Below are positions 7,600 to 17,069 of a stretch of 64,000 bases of DNA, piece after piece (the first letter of the stretch is position 1; every line of letters starts with the position of its first letter). The notes beneath the pieces are model-generated. The model did no database searches, was not told where the DNA came from, and was given only the letters and a program-made list of their open reading frames with translations. Made by a program: the position numbers and the translations under genes. The stretch is from an uncultured Gammaproteobacteria bacterium (lineage in GTDB: Bacteria > Patescibacteriota > Microgenomatia > JALYQM01): assembly GCA_964403585.1 (NCBI GenBank), contig CAYOFQ010000001.1:1280826-1344825 (forward strand), read 5' to 3'.

Positions 7600-7899
7600 A
7601 TGATTGCAGCAAGTATCCTTTTCAAACTTCCCTTAACTGCTAATTGGAGCGAACTACGCCAAAAGGCAAAATCCCGGGCAGAATCCTTTTACCAGGGCAT
7701 GGCCGGACTGCATACCAAAGCCTTTGTCTTAAATGAAGAAACCGGCGAATACGGCGGCCTGTACCTGTGGGAATCCCGCGAAGCGCTTGATACGTTTATA
7801 AACTCGGATACCTTCAAAGGGTCACAGGAACTGTTTGGTGCTCCGGAAATAAAAATATTTGACGTGATTGCTCATATTGAGCACGGAAAATTAATTTAA
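7600..7899 (+). CDS. YdhR-like (Dabb/ABM-fold) putative monooxygenase
   Basis: 99 aa; FKLPLT...TGEYGGLYLWESREA...IFDV pattern matches the YdhR family; TGtTATAAT extended -10 at 7584-7592 ends 7 nt before the ATG (leaderless arrangement). Confidence 0.65.
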   Translation: MIAASILFKLPLTANWSELRQKAKSRAESFYQGMAGLHTKAFVLNEETGEYGGLYLWESREALDTFINSDTFKGSQELFGAPEIKIFDVIAHIEHGKLI

Positions 7900-7917
7900 A
7901 TTGAAAGGAACTATACA

Positions 7918-8325
7918 ATGTTTGTTTCACACGCCTTTATTACACATAACAACAAAGTATTACTTTTCCATCGGGATAACAAACCAACCATCAAAGATCC
8001 GGATTGCTGGGACATTATCGGTGGCCATAGTGACGAGGGCGAAACTCCCGACCAAACCCTTATCCGGGAAATTCAGGAAGAACTAAGTATTACGCCGAAA
8101 GTATTCAACCAAATCCTAAGCGAACCCGACGTCTGGAATGTTGGAACGTATCTCTACCATATCCAACTTTCCGACGAGGAAATCAGCCAAATTAAGTTAG
8201 GTAATGAAGGCCAGGAAGTAAAATTTTTTCAACCCGAGGAACTGACAAATCTTAAGCTAACACAAAATCTTACTAAATATTTGAAAAATTACCCGTCGTT
8301 ATTACCGGATCTCCTCAGTAAATAG
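7918..8325 (+). CDS. NUDIX hydrolase
   Basis: Nudix box GGHSDEGETPDQTLIREIQEELSI; GAAAGGAA RBS upstream of the ATG. Confidence 0.85.
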   Translation: MFVSHAFITHNNKVLLFHRDNKPTIKDPDCWDIIGGHSDEGETPDQTLIREIQEELSITPKVFNQILSEPDVWNVGTYLYHIQLSDEEISQIKLGNEGQEVKFFQPEELTNLKLTQNLTKYLKNYPSLLPDLLSK

Positions 8326-8330
8326 CAACT

Positions 8331-9212
8331 ATGTGGTATTCGTATGCTTTCTTATCAGCTGTTCTGTATTCCTTTCGCGGTGTTTTAGACAAACGCATAA
8401 TCTCCCGCACCAACAAATACGTCCTGGGATTCGCGATGCGGGCTTTTGCCATACCCTTTTTTCTTATCCCCTTGATCATCGACCACTCGCTTATTCCTCC
8501 CGTTTCTCAACTTTCCCTAAAATTCTGGCTACCAACACTGATTGTCAGCATGATCATGACTCCACTTGAAACAATCTTCTATTACGAATCCATCAAAGAC
8601 GAGGAAATTTCTCTGGCGTTACCAATTTTAAGTCTTTCACCAATCATTACCGTTCTAATAGGCATCATAACCATCGGCGAAATACCTAAGTTCCTTGGTA
8701 TTCTGGGAATATTTTTTATTCTCTTTGGTGTCTATGCCCTAAAAATTGGCCATACCAGACACGGCCTACTTGAACCACTTCGCCATCTACACAGCAATCG
8801 CAGTGTTCGTTTAATGGCCGTGGTTATGTTATCTGCATCCATCGGCGGATTGCTGGATAAAATAGCCGTCCAAGCGTCCAATCCGTTTTTCTACGCCGCA
8901 GTCAACTTCATCCTGCTATCGGCAAAATTATTTACAATTACTTTAATTAAAGCAAAAAATCATCTTCGAGATCTTAAAAACCACTTCCGAAAATTTTTTA
9001 TTTTGGGTGGCGTTGTTGCCGGATACTCTATCTTCTATCTATTAGCCTTAAATACCGGCATCACCTCTTACGTCATTGCCATCAAAAACGCCAGCATTTT
9101 ATTCACCATTGTCCTAGGTATTACTCTATTTAAGGAAAAGGACCGCAAAGCAAAAATACTGGCTGGAGCTTCAATATTTATCGGGCTAATACTAATAAAA
9201 GTTTTCGGCTAA
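8331..9212 (+). CDS. EamA/DMT-superfamily transporter (about 10 TM)
   Basis: 293 aa, two repeats of 4-5 TM helices typical of EamA domains. Confidence 0.6.
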   Translation: MWYSYAFLSAVLYSFRGVLDKRIISRTNKYVLGFAMRAFAIPFFLIPLIIDHSLIPPVSQLSLKFWLPTLIVSMIMTPLETIFYYESIKDEEISLALPILSLSPIITVLIGIITIGEIPKFLGILGIFFILFGVYALKIGHTRHGLLEPLRHLHSNRSVRLMAVVMLSASIGGLLDKIAVQASNPFFYAAVNFILLSAKLFTITLIKAKNHLRDLKNHFRKFFILGGVVAGYSIFYLLALNTGITSYVIAIKNASILFTIVLGITLFKEKDRKAKILAGASIFIGLILIKVFG

Positions 9213-9226
9213 GTAGTTCGAATAAA

Positions 9227-9418
9227 CTATACTTTCCTATTTTCTTCAACCAAAGTATGTATTTTAGTTAGAACCTCTTCCAATTCGCTGACATTTGTTC
9301 CCATCCTTGTTTGAAATTCATCGGGATCACCGAGCAAAAGTTCCCGTGCTTCATTGAGGGCATTATTAATAATGTATAACTCCTTTGCAGTAAGTGTCAC
9401 CGCAACCGTATCTGACAT
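9227..9418 (-). CDS. Small helical hypothetical protein (63 aa)
   Basis: Track ORF starts at a TTG (9499); an internal ATG (MSDTVAVTL...) preceded by AGGAG at a proper spacing is the likely start. Confidence 0.4.
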   Translation of the reverse strand: MSDTVAVTLTAKELYIINNALNEARELLLGDPDEFQTRMGTNVSELEEVLTKIHTLVEENRKV

Positions 9419-9501
9419 AAAATCTCCTAACATCATATCTGTATAAAGATTAATAGTTAAACTATAAAACAAACAATTACGCTTCACAACTTCTTTCAAA
9501 C

Positions 9502-9528
9502 AAAAAAAAAGAGCCCCTCAAGGACTCT
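9502..9528 (-). terminator. Rho-independent terminator downstream of the minus-strand tRNA-Ile
   Basis: On the minus strand AGAGUCC-UUGA-GGGGCUCU hairpin (two G-U pairs) followed by a 9-U run (A-run 9502-9510 on +). Confidence 0.55.
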
Positions 9529-9538
9529 TCTTAATTCG

Positions 9539-9612
9539 TGGGCAATAATGGACTCGAACCATTGACCTCAGTCTTATCAGGACTGCGCTCTAACCACCTG
9601 AGCTAATCGCCC
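9539..9612 (-). tRNA. tRNA-Ile (anticodon GAU)
   Basis: Reverse complement folds as acceptor GGGCGAT/ATTGCCC (one G-U), D-arm GCTC-AGGTGGTT-AGAGC, anticodon stem CAGTC/GACTG with loop CTGATAA (GAT), T-arm AATGG-TTCGAGT-CCATT. Confidence 0.9.
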
Positions 9613-9758
9613 GATTTTACCTTAATGTAACTATATCAATCCAAAATCGTCCTGGAACTTCAAATTGAATTTAAATAACAGTTCCAGGGCAACAATTCCA
9701 TTAAGGGCCAACGGACACTGACAGAGATTATATTACACTCACCCCGGTTCTGTCGATA

Positions 9759-10118
9759 CTATTCCTGTTCGGCCTCTTCAGGCTCAATTTGCTCGAACCA
9801 CGGGGCCTCTTTTAATACTTTATAGTAAAAAACAGGCTTCTTGAGCCGTTCAGCATAGTCAATTTCCTCCTGTACACCCCCGGAAATTGGCCCAAAAACC
9901 CATAATTCGTCACTAATCCGGATCAGGTCATTATTTGCCCGGATCAATCCGTCCCGGTCAACCGTATCCAACAGGAAGTAGGAAAACATCATAAAAGCCG
10001 AAAGAGGCGTAAAGTGCTGCTGTAGAACATACTTAATAATATGCTCCCGCAAATAAAAACTCCGCTTACTCATAGCGGCAAAAACAACTTTGCGTGGTTC
10101 AAATAAGTGTGGCGTCAT
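9759..10118 (-). CDS. Hypothetical protein, weak resemblance to nucleoside 2-deoxyribosyltransferase-like (Rossmann-like) proteins
   Basis: Track start (10205) is GTG and overlaps the upstream gene; an internal ATG (MTPHLF, 10118) or MSKRS (10073) is more likely; motif ELWVFGPISGGVQEEIDYAERLKKPV; assignment tentative. Confidence 0.4.
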   Translation of the reverse strand: MTPHLFEPRKVVFAAMSKRSFYLREHIIKYVLQQHFTPLSAFMMFSYFLLDTVDRDGLIRANNDLIRISDELWVFGPISGGVQEEIDYAERLKKPVFYYKVLKEAPWFEQIEPEEAEQE

Positions 10119-10135
10119 TAAAGGGATCAGCCCTC

Positions 10136-11293
10136 TTACGTAATTGTAGCATAAGGATCCAATTGCACCACCTGAGAACTGACTCCTCTTCCTATTACCC
10201 ACCACAAATGGACTAAGGCAATCATTGAGCCGGGATTAAAAAAAAGCACACCAAGCATACCTGTTAAAAGTAAGACATTTAAAATATCCGCTATCCGGAT
10301 TAATCTCCATAAAGCTAATCCCAGGAATGCAAGTAATATACTTATCCCCCACAGGCCTCCCTGAACCCACCAGTCCATAAAAATATTGTGCGAACTGTCA
10401 ACATACTGATATCGCAGGGTATTCTCAATCCTCCAGGCAGTATTTGCAAGAGCAAGTTCAACCTGCCCAAATCCATGTCCAATAATCGGACTCTCCATAC
10501 CTGCCTGTAACGCCGTATACCATATTTCCCCTCTGTTTTCCCAAATACGATCCTTTTCCAGAAACGGCAATACACTTGCAGTAAGCATAATCACAAGAGA
10601 AATAACTACTGCCACACCAACAACCCGCTTCTTAACCCAATACGAAACCAGAATCAAACTCTGAAGACCAATAGCTAATAACCCCGATCGCGATCCGGTC
10701 AGGTAAATCAGACAAAATGCTAACAGCATTCCAAGCCCGGATACCAACATTTTTATCCGGATAGTCTTGAACTGCATTATTAACAACCACGGCCAGAGGA
10801 ATACATACGTTTCCGCTAACATATTCGGCTCTCCAAGCAACCCTGCCATTCGTCCGACACCATTTCGGGGAAAATACAGTGCTACGAAGCCACTGACAAT
10901 AAGTGCAACCAGCGCCAGATAACCATAGAATCTATTAACAACAACAACCGTTCCCATTAGTCCAAACGCCAACAATAGTACCAGCAAAAATGCACCCTGA
11001 AACCTGAAAACATTTCCCCATAAAAACAATTCTCTACCATCCAACAGAAAATACTGCACCAATAGAAGCAAGAATAAACTTCCACCAAGTATAAGGTACA
11101 TTTTAGAAGGGGCTAGTGGTTTTTCCAGAAAAAAGCGGAAAAGCAGCAACACACCAAGAGTGATTATACCTACCTGCGCAGCCAATATCTTTGGAGTTTC
11201 ATAAAAAGAGACACCGTAGCGGTATACTACAAATTGTAAGCCAAACAGCAAAAAGCAGATAACGAAATGAATTGAAAAATATAACCAGCGCAT
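10136..11293 (-). CDS. O-antigen ligase (Wzy_C/WaaL) family membrane protein
   Basis: 385 aa, about 10-12 TM helices, loop motif GSRSGLLA and conserved His-containing periplasmic loop (IIGHGFG, SSHN). Confidence 0.65.
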   Translation of the reverse strand: MRWLYFSIHFVICFLLFGLQFVVYRYGVSFYETPKILAAQVGIITLGVLLLFRFFLEKPLAPSKMYLILGGSLFLLLLVQYFLLDGRELFLWGNVFRFQGAFLLVLLLAFGLMGTVVVVNRFYGYLALVALIVSGFVALYFPRNGVGRMAGLLGEPNMLAETYVFLWPWLLIMQFKTIRIKMLVSGLGMLLAFCLIYLTGSRSGLLAIGLQSLILVSYWVKKRVVGVAVVISLVIMLTASVLPFLEKDRIWENRGEIWYTALQAGMESPIIGHGFGQVELALANTAWRIENTLRYQYVDSSHNIFMDWWVQGGLWGISILLAFLGLALWRLIRIADILNVLLLTGMLGVLFFNPGSMIALVHLWWVIGRGVSSQVVQLDPYATIT

Positions 11294-11311
11294 CGTAATT
11301 CAAGTGTATCA

Positions 11312-11341
11312 TTGACAGTACTCAAAAATAGCATCTATACT
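11312..11341 (+). promoter_or_regulatory. Sigma70-like promoter TTGACA-18-TATACT, leaderless arrangement for CDS 11349
   Basis: TTGACA 11312-11317; TATACT 11336-11341; ATG at 11349 (7 nt after -10), no SD. Confidence 0.5.
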
Positions 11342-11348
11342 CGTCATA

Positions 11349-12467
11349 ATGAATAATGATACACAACAACCGATACCCGAGTCTCCGGAGAATTCTAGTC
11401 ATTCGGCATTTACGCATGAAGAACTCAGTCAAAGTATTCAAAAAGAAAAAGTATCTAAGATAGTAAAGCTCGCAGCGGGGGTTGTTGGTGCACTCGCACT
11501 TACCGTAAGTGGGTATGGTGTATATAAAAATGCGCAGCTTGCCAGAAATATGGACTCCTCACTCGCCGCTACACCAATCACCTATCCGGATACCTATCCA
11601 ACCGCCGAATTTACTGATCTCTCGGCCATTGGGTATCAATATCAGGCACAATTCAATTTTTATTTTACAGCCTCATCTTCAGCATTCATTATAGACATTG
11701 CTTCAGACAGTGCCATGACAGCACCGGTGAAATTTGCATCCGGAGTACAATCCCCGCTGATGAATCAAAACCCGTTACAGTTTAAACCAACCTACGATTG
11801 CGGAAAAACTGTTTACTGGAGAGTACGCACAGCCGACTCGTTATTATCCCCAATCTTTAGCCCAACACAAACCCTACAGGTTATCTGTGCCACACCTACT
11901 CCGCCGGTGTCATCAAGCCTTATACCAACAAAAACACCGGCACCGACTATAATCGTTGATCCCTCACCAAGTTCCACTCCAACCAAACCGCCAACGCCCA
12001 CTCTAAAACCAAGCCCAACACCAATTCCTACCTTTGGACTTTCTTTTGAAGCAGAAGCCGGCATTATCCAGGCACCCTTCCTTCTTGGTTCGGAAGTGGC
12101 CAGAAAATATATTCTCCAGAATACACAAAGCACTGCTATAGCAGAAAATGGAAAGGCAACCTATCGATTTAAAGTTGATCGAAGCGACAAATATATCATC
12201 AAAGCAACAGTGCGGGCACGAAATTCGGAAGAAAACTCATTCTTTGTGAATATTGATGGTGAGCCTACTTCACCAAAAATGATCTGGGATATTAAGCCAA
12301 CCAGGGATTTCACCGCCAGAACCGTAACCTGGAGAAATTCCGGCAAACCTGAATCAAATTATGGAAAAGTTCAAAGATTTAGTCTTTCTGCAGGGATTCA
12401 TTCCTTAATCATTCGAGGAAGAGAGCCACAAACTCTGATCGACAAAATAACCATCGAGCGCAATTAG
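11349..12467 (+). CDS. Membrane-anchored surface protein: TM anchor + Ig/FN-like middle domain + Pro/Thr linker + C-terminal beta-sandwich (carbohydrate-binding-module-like) domain
   Basis: N-terminal TM (LAAGVVGALALTVSGYGVY), PTPPVSS...TPTKPPTPTLKPSPTPIPT linker, C-terminal about 130 aa beta-strand-rich domain; CBM assignment is a guess. Confidence 0.6.
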   Translation: MNNDTQQPIPESPENSSHSAFTHEELSQSIQKEKVSKIVKLAAGVVGALALTVSGYGVYKNAQLARNMDSSLAATPITYPDTYPTAEFTDLSAIGYQYQAQFNFYFTASSSAFIIDIASDSAMTAPVKFASGVQSPLMNQNPLQFKPTYDCGKTVYWRVRTADSLLSPIFSPTQTLQVICATPTPPVSSSLIPTKTPAPTIIVDPSPSSTPTKPPTPTLKPSPTPIPTFGLSFEAEAGIIQAPFLLGSEVARKYILQNTQSTAIAENGKATYRFKVDRSDKYIIKATVRARNSEENSFFVNIDGEPTSPKMIWDIKPTRDFTARTVTWRNSGKPESNYGKVQRFSLSAGIHSLIIRGREPQTLIDKITIERN

Positions 12468-12538
12468 TGAAGTCCACTTTACTTGTATTCTCCTTATAAT
12501 AGGCTAAAATCATAGCATAACTAAATTAAGGAGTACGT

Positions 12539-13240
12539 ATGCAAACCCAACTTGAAATTCACCCTGTTCAGGCAACAATTTTACGGGAGTTACTTTTCAA
12601 AACCAGCGCCCGCTTCACCGATCTCAATATCAAAGAACTCACCAGCGACCACTTTACCTTTCATATCACCAAACTGGTCGAAGCCGGATTAGTACAAAAA
12701 ACCGATGAAGGAAAATATACCCTTACCACCAAAGGCAAAGAATTTGCCAATCGGCTGGATACCGACATCGCTAAAATTGAACGACAACCAAAAATCGCCG
12801 TCGCTATCATCGGCCGCAGAAACAGAGACAACCAGACTGAATACCTGATCCAAAAACGGCTCAAACAACCCTATTACGGATATCATGGCGTTGTCACCGG
12901 CAAGATCCGCTGGGGTGAAACCGTCTTCGAAACAGCTGCCCGCGAGCTTGAAGAAGAAACGGGACTCAGTGCCACATTTACCCTTAAAGGGTTGAAACAC
13001 AAAATGGATTACAACACCGAAGAAGAGATACTCGAAGACAAGTTTTTTCTCATCTGTATAGCAGAAAATTGCACCGGCAAATTAAAAAACACCTTTGAAG
13101 GCGGTGCGAATATGTGGCTGACCAAAGAACAGGTCTTAGCACTCCCGGATCAATTCCCGGACTTAAAGCTGCTCTTTAATTTCCTCAAAAGCGACGAGCT
13201 GTTGTTTAGTGAAGAGAAGTATATCGTGGAAAAATATTAA
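12539..13240 (+). CDS. Winged-helix (HTH) - NUDIX hydrolase fusion protein
   Basis: AAGGAG RBS; N-terminal about 75 aa wHTH-like segment, then Nudix box GKIRWGETVFETAARELEEETGL. Confidence 0.8.
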   Translation: MQTQLEIHPVQATILRELLFKTSARFTDLNIKELTSDHFTFHITKLVEAGLVQKTDEGKYTLTTKGKEFANRLDTDIAKIERQPKIAVAIIGRRNRDNQTEYLIQKRLKQPYYGYHGVVTGKIRWGETVFETAARELEEETGLSATFTLKGLKHKMDYNTEEEILEDKFFLICIAENCTGKLKNTFEGGANMWLTKEQVLALPDQFPDLKLLFNFLKSDELLFSEEKYIVEKY

Positions 13241-13941
13241 ATAAGCGAATGATCCCGAAAACTGTAATACCCCCGTGCCGATACGACCAGGTGGTCAATA
13301 ACTTCAATACCAAGTATCCGGCCCGCATCCACTAACCGACCGGTGATCTGAATATCCTCCTCAGATGGAGTACAATCACCCGACGGATGGTTATGCGCCA
13401 GAATTACCTGCGCGGCATGCCGTCGGATTGCCGATTCGAATGTTTCCCGCGGATGTATTAAATTAGCATTAAGAATCCCTACAGCCACAACATCGGACCC
13501 GATAAAACGATTTCGTACATCAAACGATACAACTAAAAAATGTTCTTTGGCCTCCTCCGAAATCCTTCCACGCACAATTTTATAGACATCCGAAGGCCGC
13601 ATCACAACTTCTGACTGAATCACTTCACCGGTGTAAATTCGGCGGGCAATTTCCAGGCACGCTTTTATCTGCGTCGCTTTCGCCAGCCCCAATCCTTTAA
13701 CTTGCAGCAAGTCTGCCATCGATGCACGAAAAACACCTTCTAACGATCCAAATCGGGAAAGTAACTTTTGCGCGGTTACCAACACCGATTCGCCACGCAA
13801 ACCGGTTCCTAACACTAACGCCAGGAGTTCACTTGCCGACAACGCCTCTGCACCAAACTGGCACAAACGCTCTCGGGGACGCTCAAAAACAGGAAGATCA
13901 TGCAACGGGAGTCCATGGTTTGGGTTAGGAGGAGTTACCAT
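13237..13941 (-). CDS. radC: RadC-family JAB/MPN-domain protein
   Basis: C-terminal JAMM motif HNHPSGDCTPSEEDIQIT; N-terminal helix-hairpin-helix region; 234 aa. Confidence 0.9.
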   Translation of the reverse strand: MVTPPNPNHGLPLHDLPVFERPRERLCQFGAEALSASELLALVLGTGLRGESVLVTAQKLLSRFGSLEGVFRASMADLLQVKGLGLAKATQIKACLEIARRIYTGEVIQSEVVMRPSDVYKIVRGRISEEAKEHFLVVSFDVRNRFIGSDVVAVGILNANLIHPRETFESAIRRHAAQVILAHNHPSGDCTPSEEDIQITGRLVDAGRILGIEVIDHLVVSARGYYSFRDHSLI

Positions 13942-13950
13942 GACTATAGC

Positions 13951-14400
13951 TTAGCGCTTTTTGAAGAGAATAGCAAAACCGAAAATTATTAGAATCAGTG
14001 GCCATAAACGCTCAAAGTCAAATATCGTCAGCATGTCAAAATTGCGCAAAAGGAACATCACTCCAACGATTACCACCAGTATGGCCAGCCAGGATTGACG
14101 GCTCTCCATTTTGGCTTCGTTAGCACCACGCAATTCATCTACAACATCAACTGCCCGGGCTTTCATTTCACGAACAGTTTCCTTCAGATGATCACGGGAA
14201 AGCGTTTCGCGCCGGGGGCGATCTGGAATCACCAGCCACAAAACAATATACAACAAAATACCTGTTCCACTCATGAAAAAAGCCAGTACAAATAAGGCCC
14301 GTATTATCATCGGGTCAATATCAAAATATTCACCTAACCCGCCACAAACACCGGCAATAACTTTATTTGTAGTAGAACGGTAAAGCTGACTGGTAGCCAT
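13951..14400 (-). CDS. PspC-domain membrane protein
   Basis: PspC signature VIAGVCGGLGEYFDIDPMIIRALFVLAFF followed by TM segments. Confidence 0.7.
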   Translation of the reverse strand: MATSQLYRSTTNKVIAGVCGGLGEYFDIDPMIIRALFVLAFFMSGTGILLYIVLWLVIPDRPRRETLSRDHLKETVREMKARAVDVVDELRGANEAKMESRQSWLAILVVIVGVMFLLRNFDMLTIFDFERLWPLILIIFGFAILFKKR

Positions 14401-14420
14401 AAGTAGCTGTATTATAGCAC

Positions 14421-14666
14421 TTAGCCGATATATTCAAAACGGGGTTGACCGACACCTTCCACTTGAACAACATCCAAAAACATTGCCAGCGGCCGTACCC
14501 ACGTCAATATAACCCCGTCTTTATTTGGATGGGTATATACTACTAATTCCTCATGTGTCTCACTATGCAAAGCGACAGCCAGCACTTCTGCCACATCACC
14601 TTTATAATGCCGGTATTTCCCTAACTTCAAATTCTTTGCCGTTTCAGATAAAGCAATATCATGCAT
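14421..14666 (-). CDS. DUF1653-family small protein
   Basis: 81 aa; GKYRHYKGD...VVYTHPNKDGVILTWVRPLAMF pattern typical of DUF1653. Confidence 0.6.
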   Translation of the reverse strand: MHDIALSETAKNLKLGKYRHYKGDVAEVLAVALHSETHEELVVYTHPNKDGVILTWVRPLAMFLDVVQVEGVGQPRFEYIG

Positions 14667-14668
14667 AG

Positions 14669-15292
14669 CTATTCCCTCACAACTAAATACTTAAAGTTCT
14701 TATACATATCATGTACCATCTGAACAATAGCTTCATTCTTTCGCATCTCCTCCACCTGGTCATTCGTCTCCTCCGCTACCTGCCGCGAAAAACCCAACCA
14801 CTGTACAAAGTCTATCCGGACCTCATCGCCCGGCCGTTTACAACAATAGGAAGCTAACGCTTTGTGCCAGCGCCTGATCTCATCTCCTTCAATCCCGTAT
14901 TTTTTCTCTTCTTCGGTTGTATCTCCAAAATACGAACAGTATTCCGACCACTCTTGTACATAACCGTACAGGATTTCATCTTCCAGAAACTTCAAAGCCC
15001 GGACGGATAAATCGGTTTTGGGAAAAGTGTAATACGCAGAATGTGACTCCAAAAACTCATCACGTATTTGATCGACAACTGAATGAAACTTAAACCCGGC
15101 AGCAAAAGCATTCAACGCAACCAGCTCAGTAAGATGGACATTCCGGAAATGAGAATGATCACGCCGCAAAACACGCAAATATTCGATACTGGGGAAAAGA
15201 GTTCCAATGGTGAATAGGCGCCGGCTTTTACCTTCAAAATAGGTATCAAAAACAGAATCAGCGAGAGCAATATGAGTTATCGGTGCCGCCAT
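14669..15292 (-). CDS. Hypothetical protein (His-rich motifs, possible metal-dependent hydrolase)
   Basis: Track ORF extends to 15505 and overlaps the divergent gene; internal ATG at 15290-15292 (MAAPITHIALADS...) is likely; motifs HIALAD, HSHFRNVH, FHSVVD; no family assigned. Confidence 0.45.
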   Translation of the reverse strand: MAAPITHIALADSVFDTYFEGKSRRLFTIGTLFPSIEYLRVLRRDHSHFRNVHLTELVALNAFAAGFKFHSVVDQIRDEFLESHSAYYTFPKTDLSVRALKFLEDEILYGYVQEWSEYCSYFGDTTEEEKKYGIEGDEIRRWHKALASYCCKRPGDEVRIDFVQWLGFSRQVAEETNDQVEEMRKNEAIVQMVHDMYKNFKYLVVRE

Positions 15293-15377
15293 GTATACAA
15301 CGCAGTATAGTCCTCTTACGCGGAAAACAAAAGCAGCATCATTGACGTAACCCCAGCTCAACACGTATGCTGATACT

Positions 15378-17069
15378 ATGAATGAAGAAAATGAAAGCAC
15401 ACTGCCGGCTTTTGTAATTATGGCCGTTGCCGGTATTTGCATTCTGATCATTGGGTTAGTCGTAACAGTATTTTCAATTGAACAGATCCAAAAAATAGCC
15501 GCCAATACTATTGCCTATTTTTTTGGCGCAGCCCGGCAAACCGACTCTTCATACGCTGCCGTTTGCAATAAAAATGCAGTTTCAGTACAAGCTCCATTTT
15601 CGACCACTGTAAACTGTATCGCCGACAACGGCATCATGTATCTGCCGGACAATCAGATACCCTCAATATTTCAATTTTTTGCCATCCAGCCAACGTACCA
15701 GAATGCCGTATTTATTCAAACACCCAATACCCAAATCAAAGATAATACGTCGCTCTCCTGGAGCGTGAATACAACATCCCCGGGAACACTCTACCTGATG
15801 ACACGACATATCCCCGGAATCAGTGCACCTGCCTGGATTCGCAATAATTACAATCGACTAACAAATGATGATATGTCTCAGGTAACACAATACTTCAAGC
15901 GAAAAAACAACCAGGGGCTAATAGGTATATATGATATATACGCTAAAGACGTAAACTCAGGACAAATAAATTTGCAGGGTGCTTCAGATGCTCAATCCCC
16001 TGCCTATTCCATGTATATTACAGTACTCGCCTTACAGTCTGCTACTGCCACAAGCAATCCCACCGCAACAACGAATCCGACTAACACTCCTGTCCCCACA
16101 GGACCACCGGGAGAACAAAAAGGATACATAGTAACTAATAATGAACTGCGTCAGCGCAAACAACTGGCCGATCAAGGACAGGAACCATATAAATCTGCCT
16201 ATGGACCTGTCATCAGCTACGCGAACAATATGCTTAACCAGAATCCATCACCCCAACAACCGCTTAACATCCCGGGCACCACCGGTCCGTTTGTTGACGA
16301 CTCCAACGCCGCCAATGGACTTGCTATTGCCTACGGGTTAACCAACGACACACGCTACGCTGCTAAAGCGAAAGAATTCATTATGGCCTGGGTAAACACT
16401 ACTAAATCCACATCCAACACCTGTCCGGACAGCGGAGGTTGTCAGACCTCATTAATAATTGGCCGGATGGCTCCTAATTTCGTCTTTGCCGCCGACCTTA
16501 TCAAACCGTCGGGAGTTTTATCGGCAGCCGAAGATACGGCCTTTAAGAACTGGTTACGTACGGTTATTCTCCCTACCGCTTCGGTCAGAACCAACAACTG
16601 GGGTGATGCCGGCACCCAGATGCGCGTCGTCGTCACCGACTATATCGGTGACCAATCCGGACTGAACTCAGCTATCGCAAAATTCAAATCCATGGTTGAT
16701 CTCACAGCCTCGGATGGACATATTCCTGAAGAAACCCGACGCGGTACCGGCGGTATTACCTACTCCTCGGGGGCAATCGGTTTTAGAGTTACCGTAGCAA
16801 AAGTAATGGAACGACGGGGAATAGATTTATGGAGTTATGGCCGATTTAAATTATCCGCCGATTATATGTCCAGATATATTCTCAATCCGTCTGCCTGGCC
16901 ATGGGCTTCAGGAGCAGGAACTAATGCCCATGCCTGGTGGGAATTGGCATACGCCAAGTGGCGGGAACCGGCTTACATTCCTATCATAAAATCTAAACGA
17001 CCGTTCGGAGTATACGAAAACACGCCACTCGAATTTAGCACTATGACCAATGGAGTACCACTACCCTAA
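15378..17069 (+). CDS. Membrane-anchored surface protein: conserved N-terminal module + Pro/Thr linker + alginate-lyase-like (alpha/alpha-toroid polysaccharide lyase) domain
   Basis: TM anchor LPAFVIMAVAGICILIIGLVV; N-terminal region (TRHIPGISAPAWIRNNY...QGLIGIYDIY...ASDAQSPAYSMY) paralogous to CDS 1765-3357; linker TSNPTATTNPTNTPVPT; C-terminal AAKAKEFIMAWVN...NNWGDAG...H...Y features of alginate-lyase/heparinase-II/III N-domain family. Confidence 0.65.
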   Translation: MNEENESTLPAFVIMAVAGICILIIGLVVTVFSIEQIQKIAANTIAYFFGAARQTDSSYAAVCNKNAVSVQAPFSTTVNCIADNGIMYLPDNQIPSIFQFFAIQPTYQNAVFIQTPNTQIKDNTSLSWSVNTTSPGTLYLMTRHIPGISAPAWIRNNYNRLTNDDMSQVTQYFKRKNNQGLIGIYDIYAKDVNSGQINLQGASDAQSPAYSMYITVLALQSATATSNPTATTNPTNTPVPTGPPGEQKGYIVTNNELRQRKQLADQGQEPYKSAYGPVISYANNMLNQNPSPQQPLNIPGTTGPFVDDSNAANGLAIAYGLTNDTRYAAKAKEFIMAWVNTTKSTSNTCPDSGGCQTSLIIGRMAPNFVFAADLIKPSGVLSAAEDTAFKNWLRTVILPTASVRTNNWGDAGTQMRVVVTDYIGDQSGLNSAIAKFKSMVDLTASDGHIPEETRRGTGGITYSSGAIGFRVTVAKVMERRGIDLWSYGRFKLSADYMSRYILNPSAWPWASGAGTNAHAWWELAYAKWREPAYIPIIKSKRPFGVYENTPLEFSTMTNGVPLP

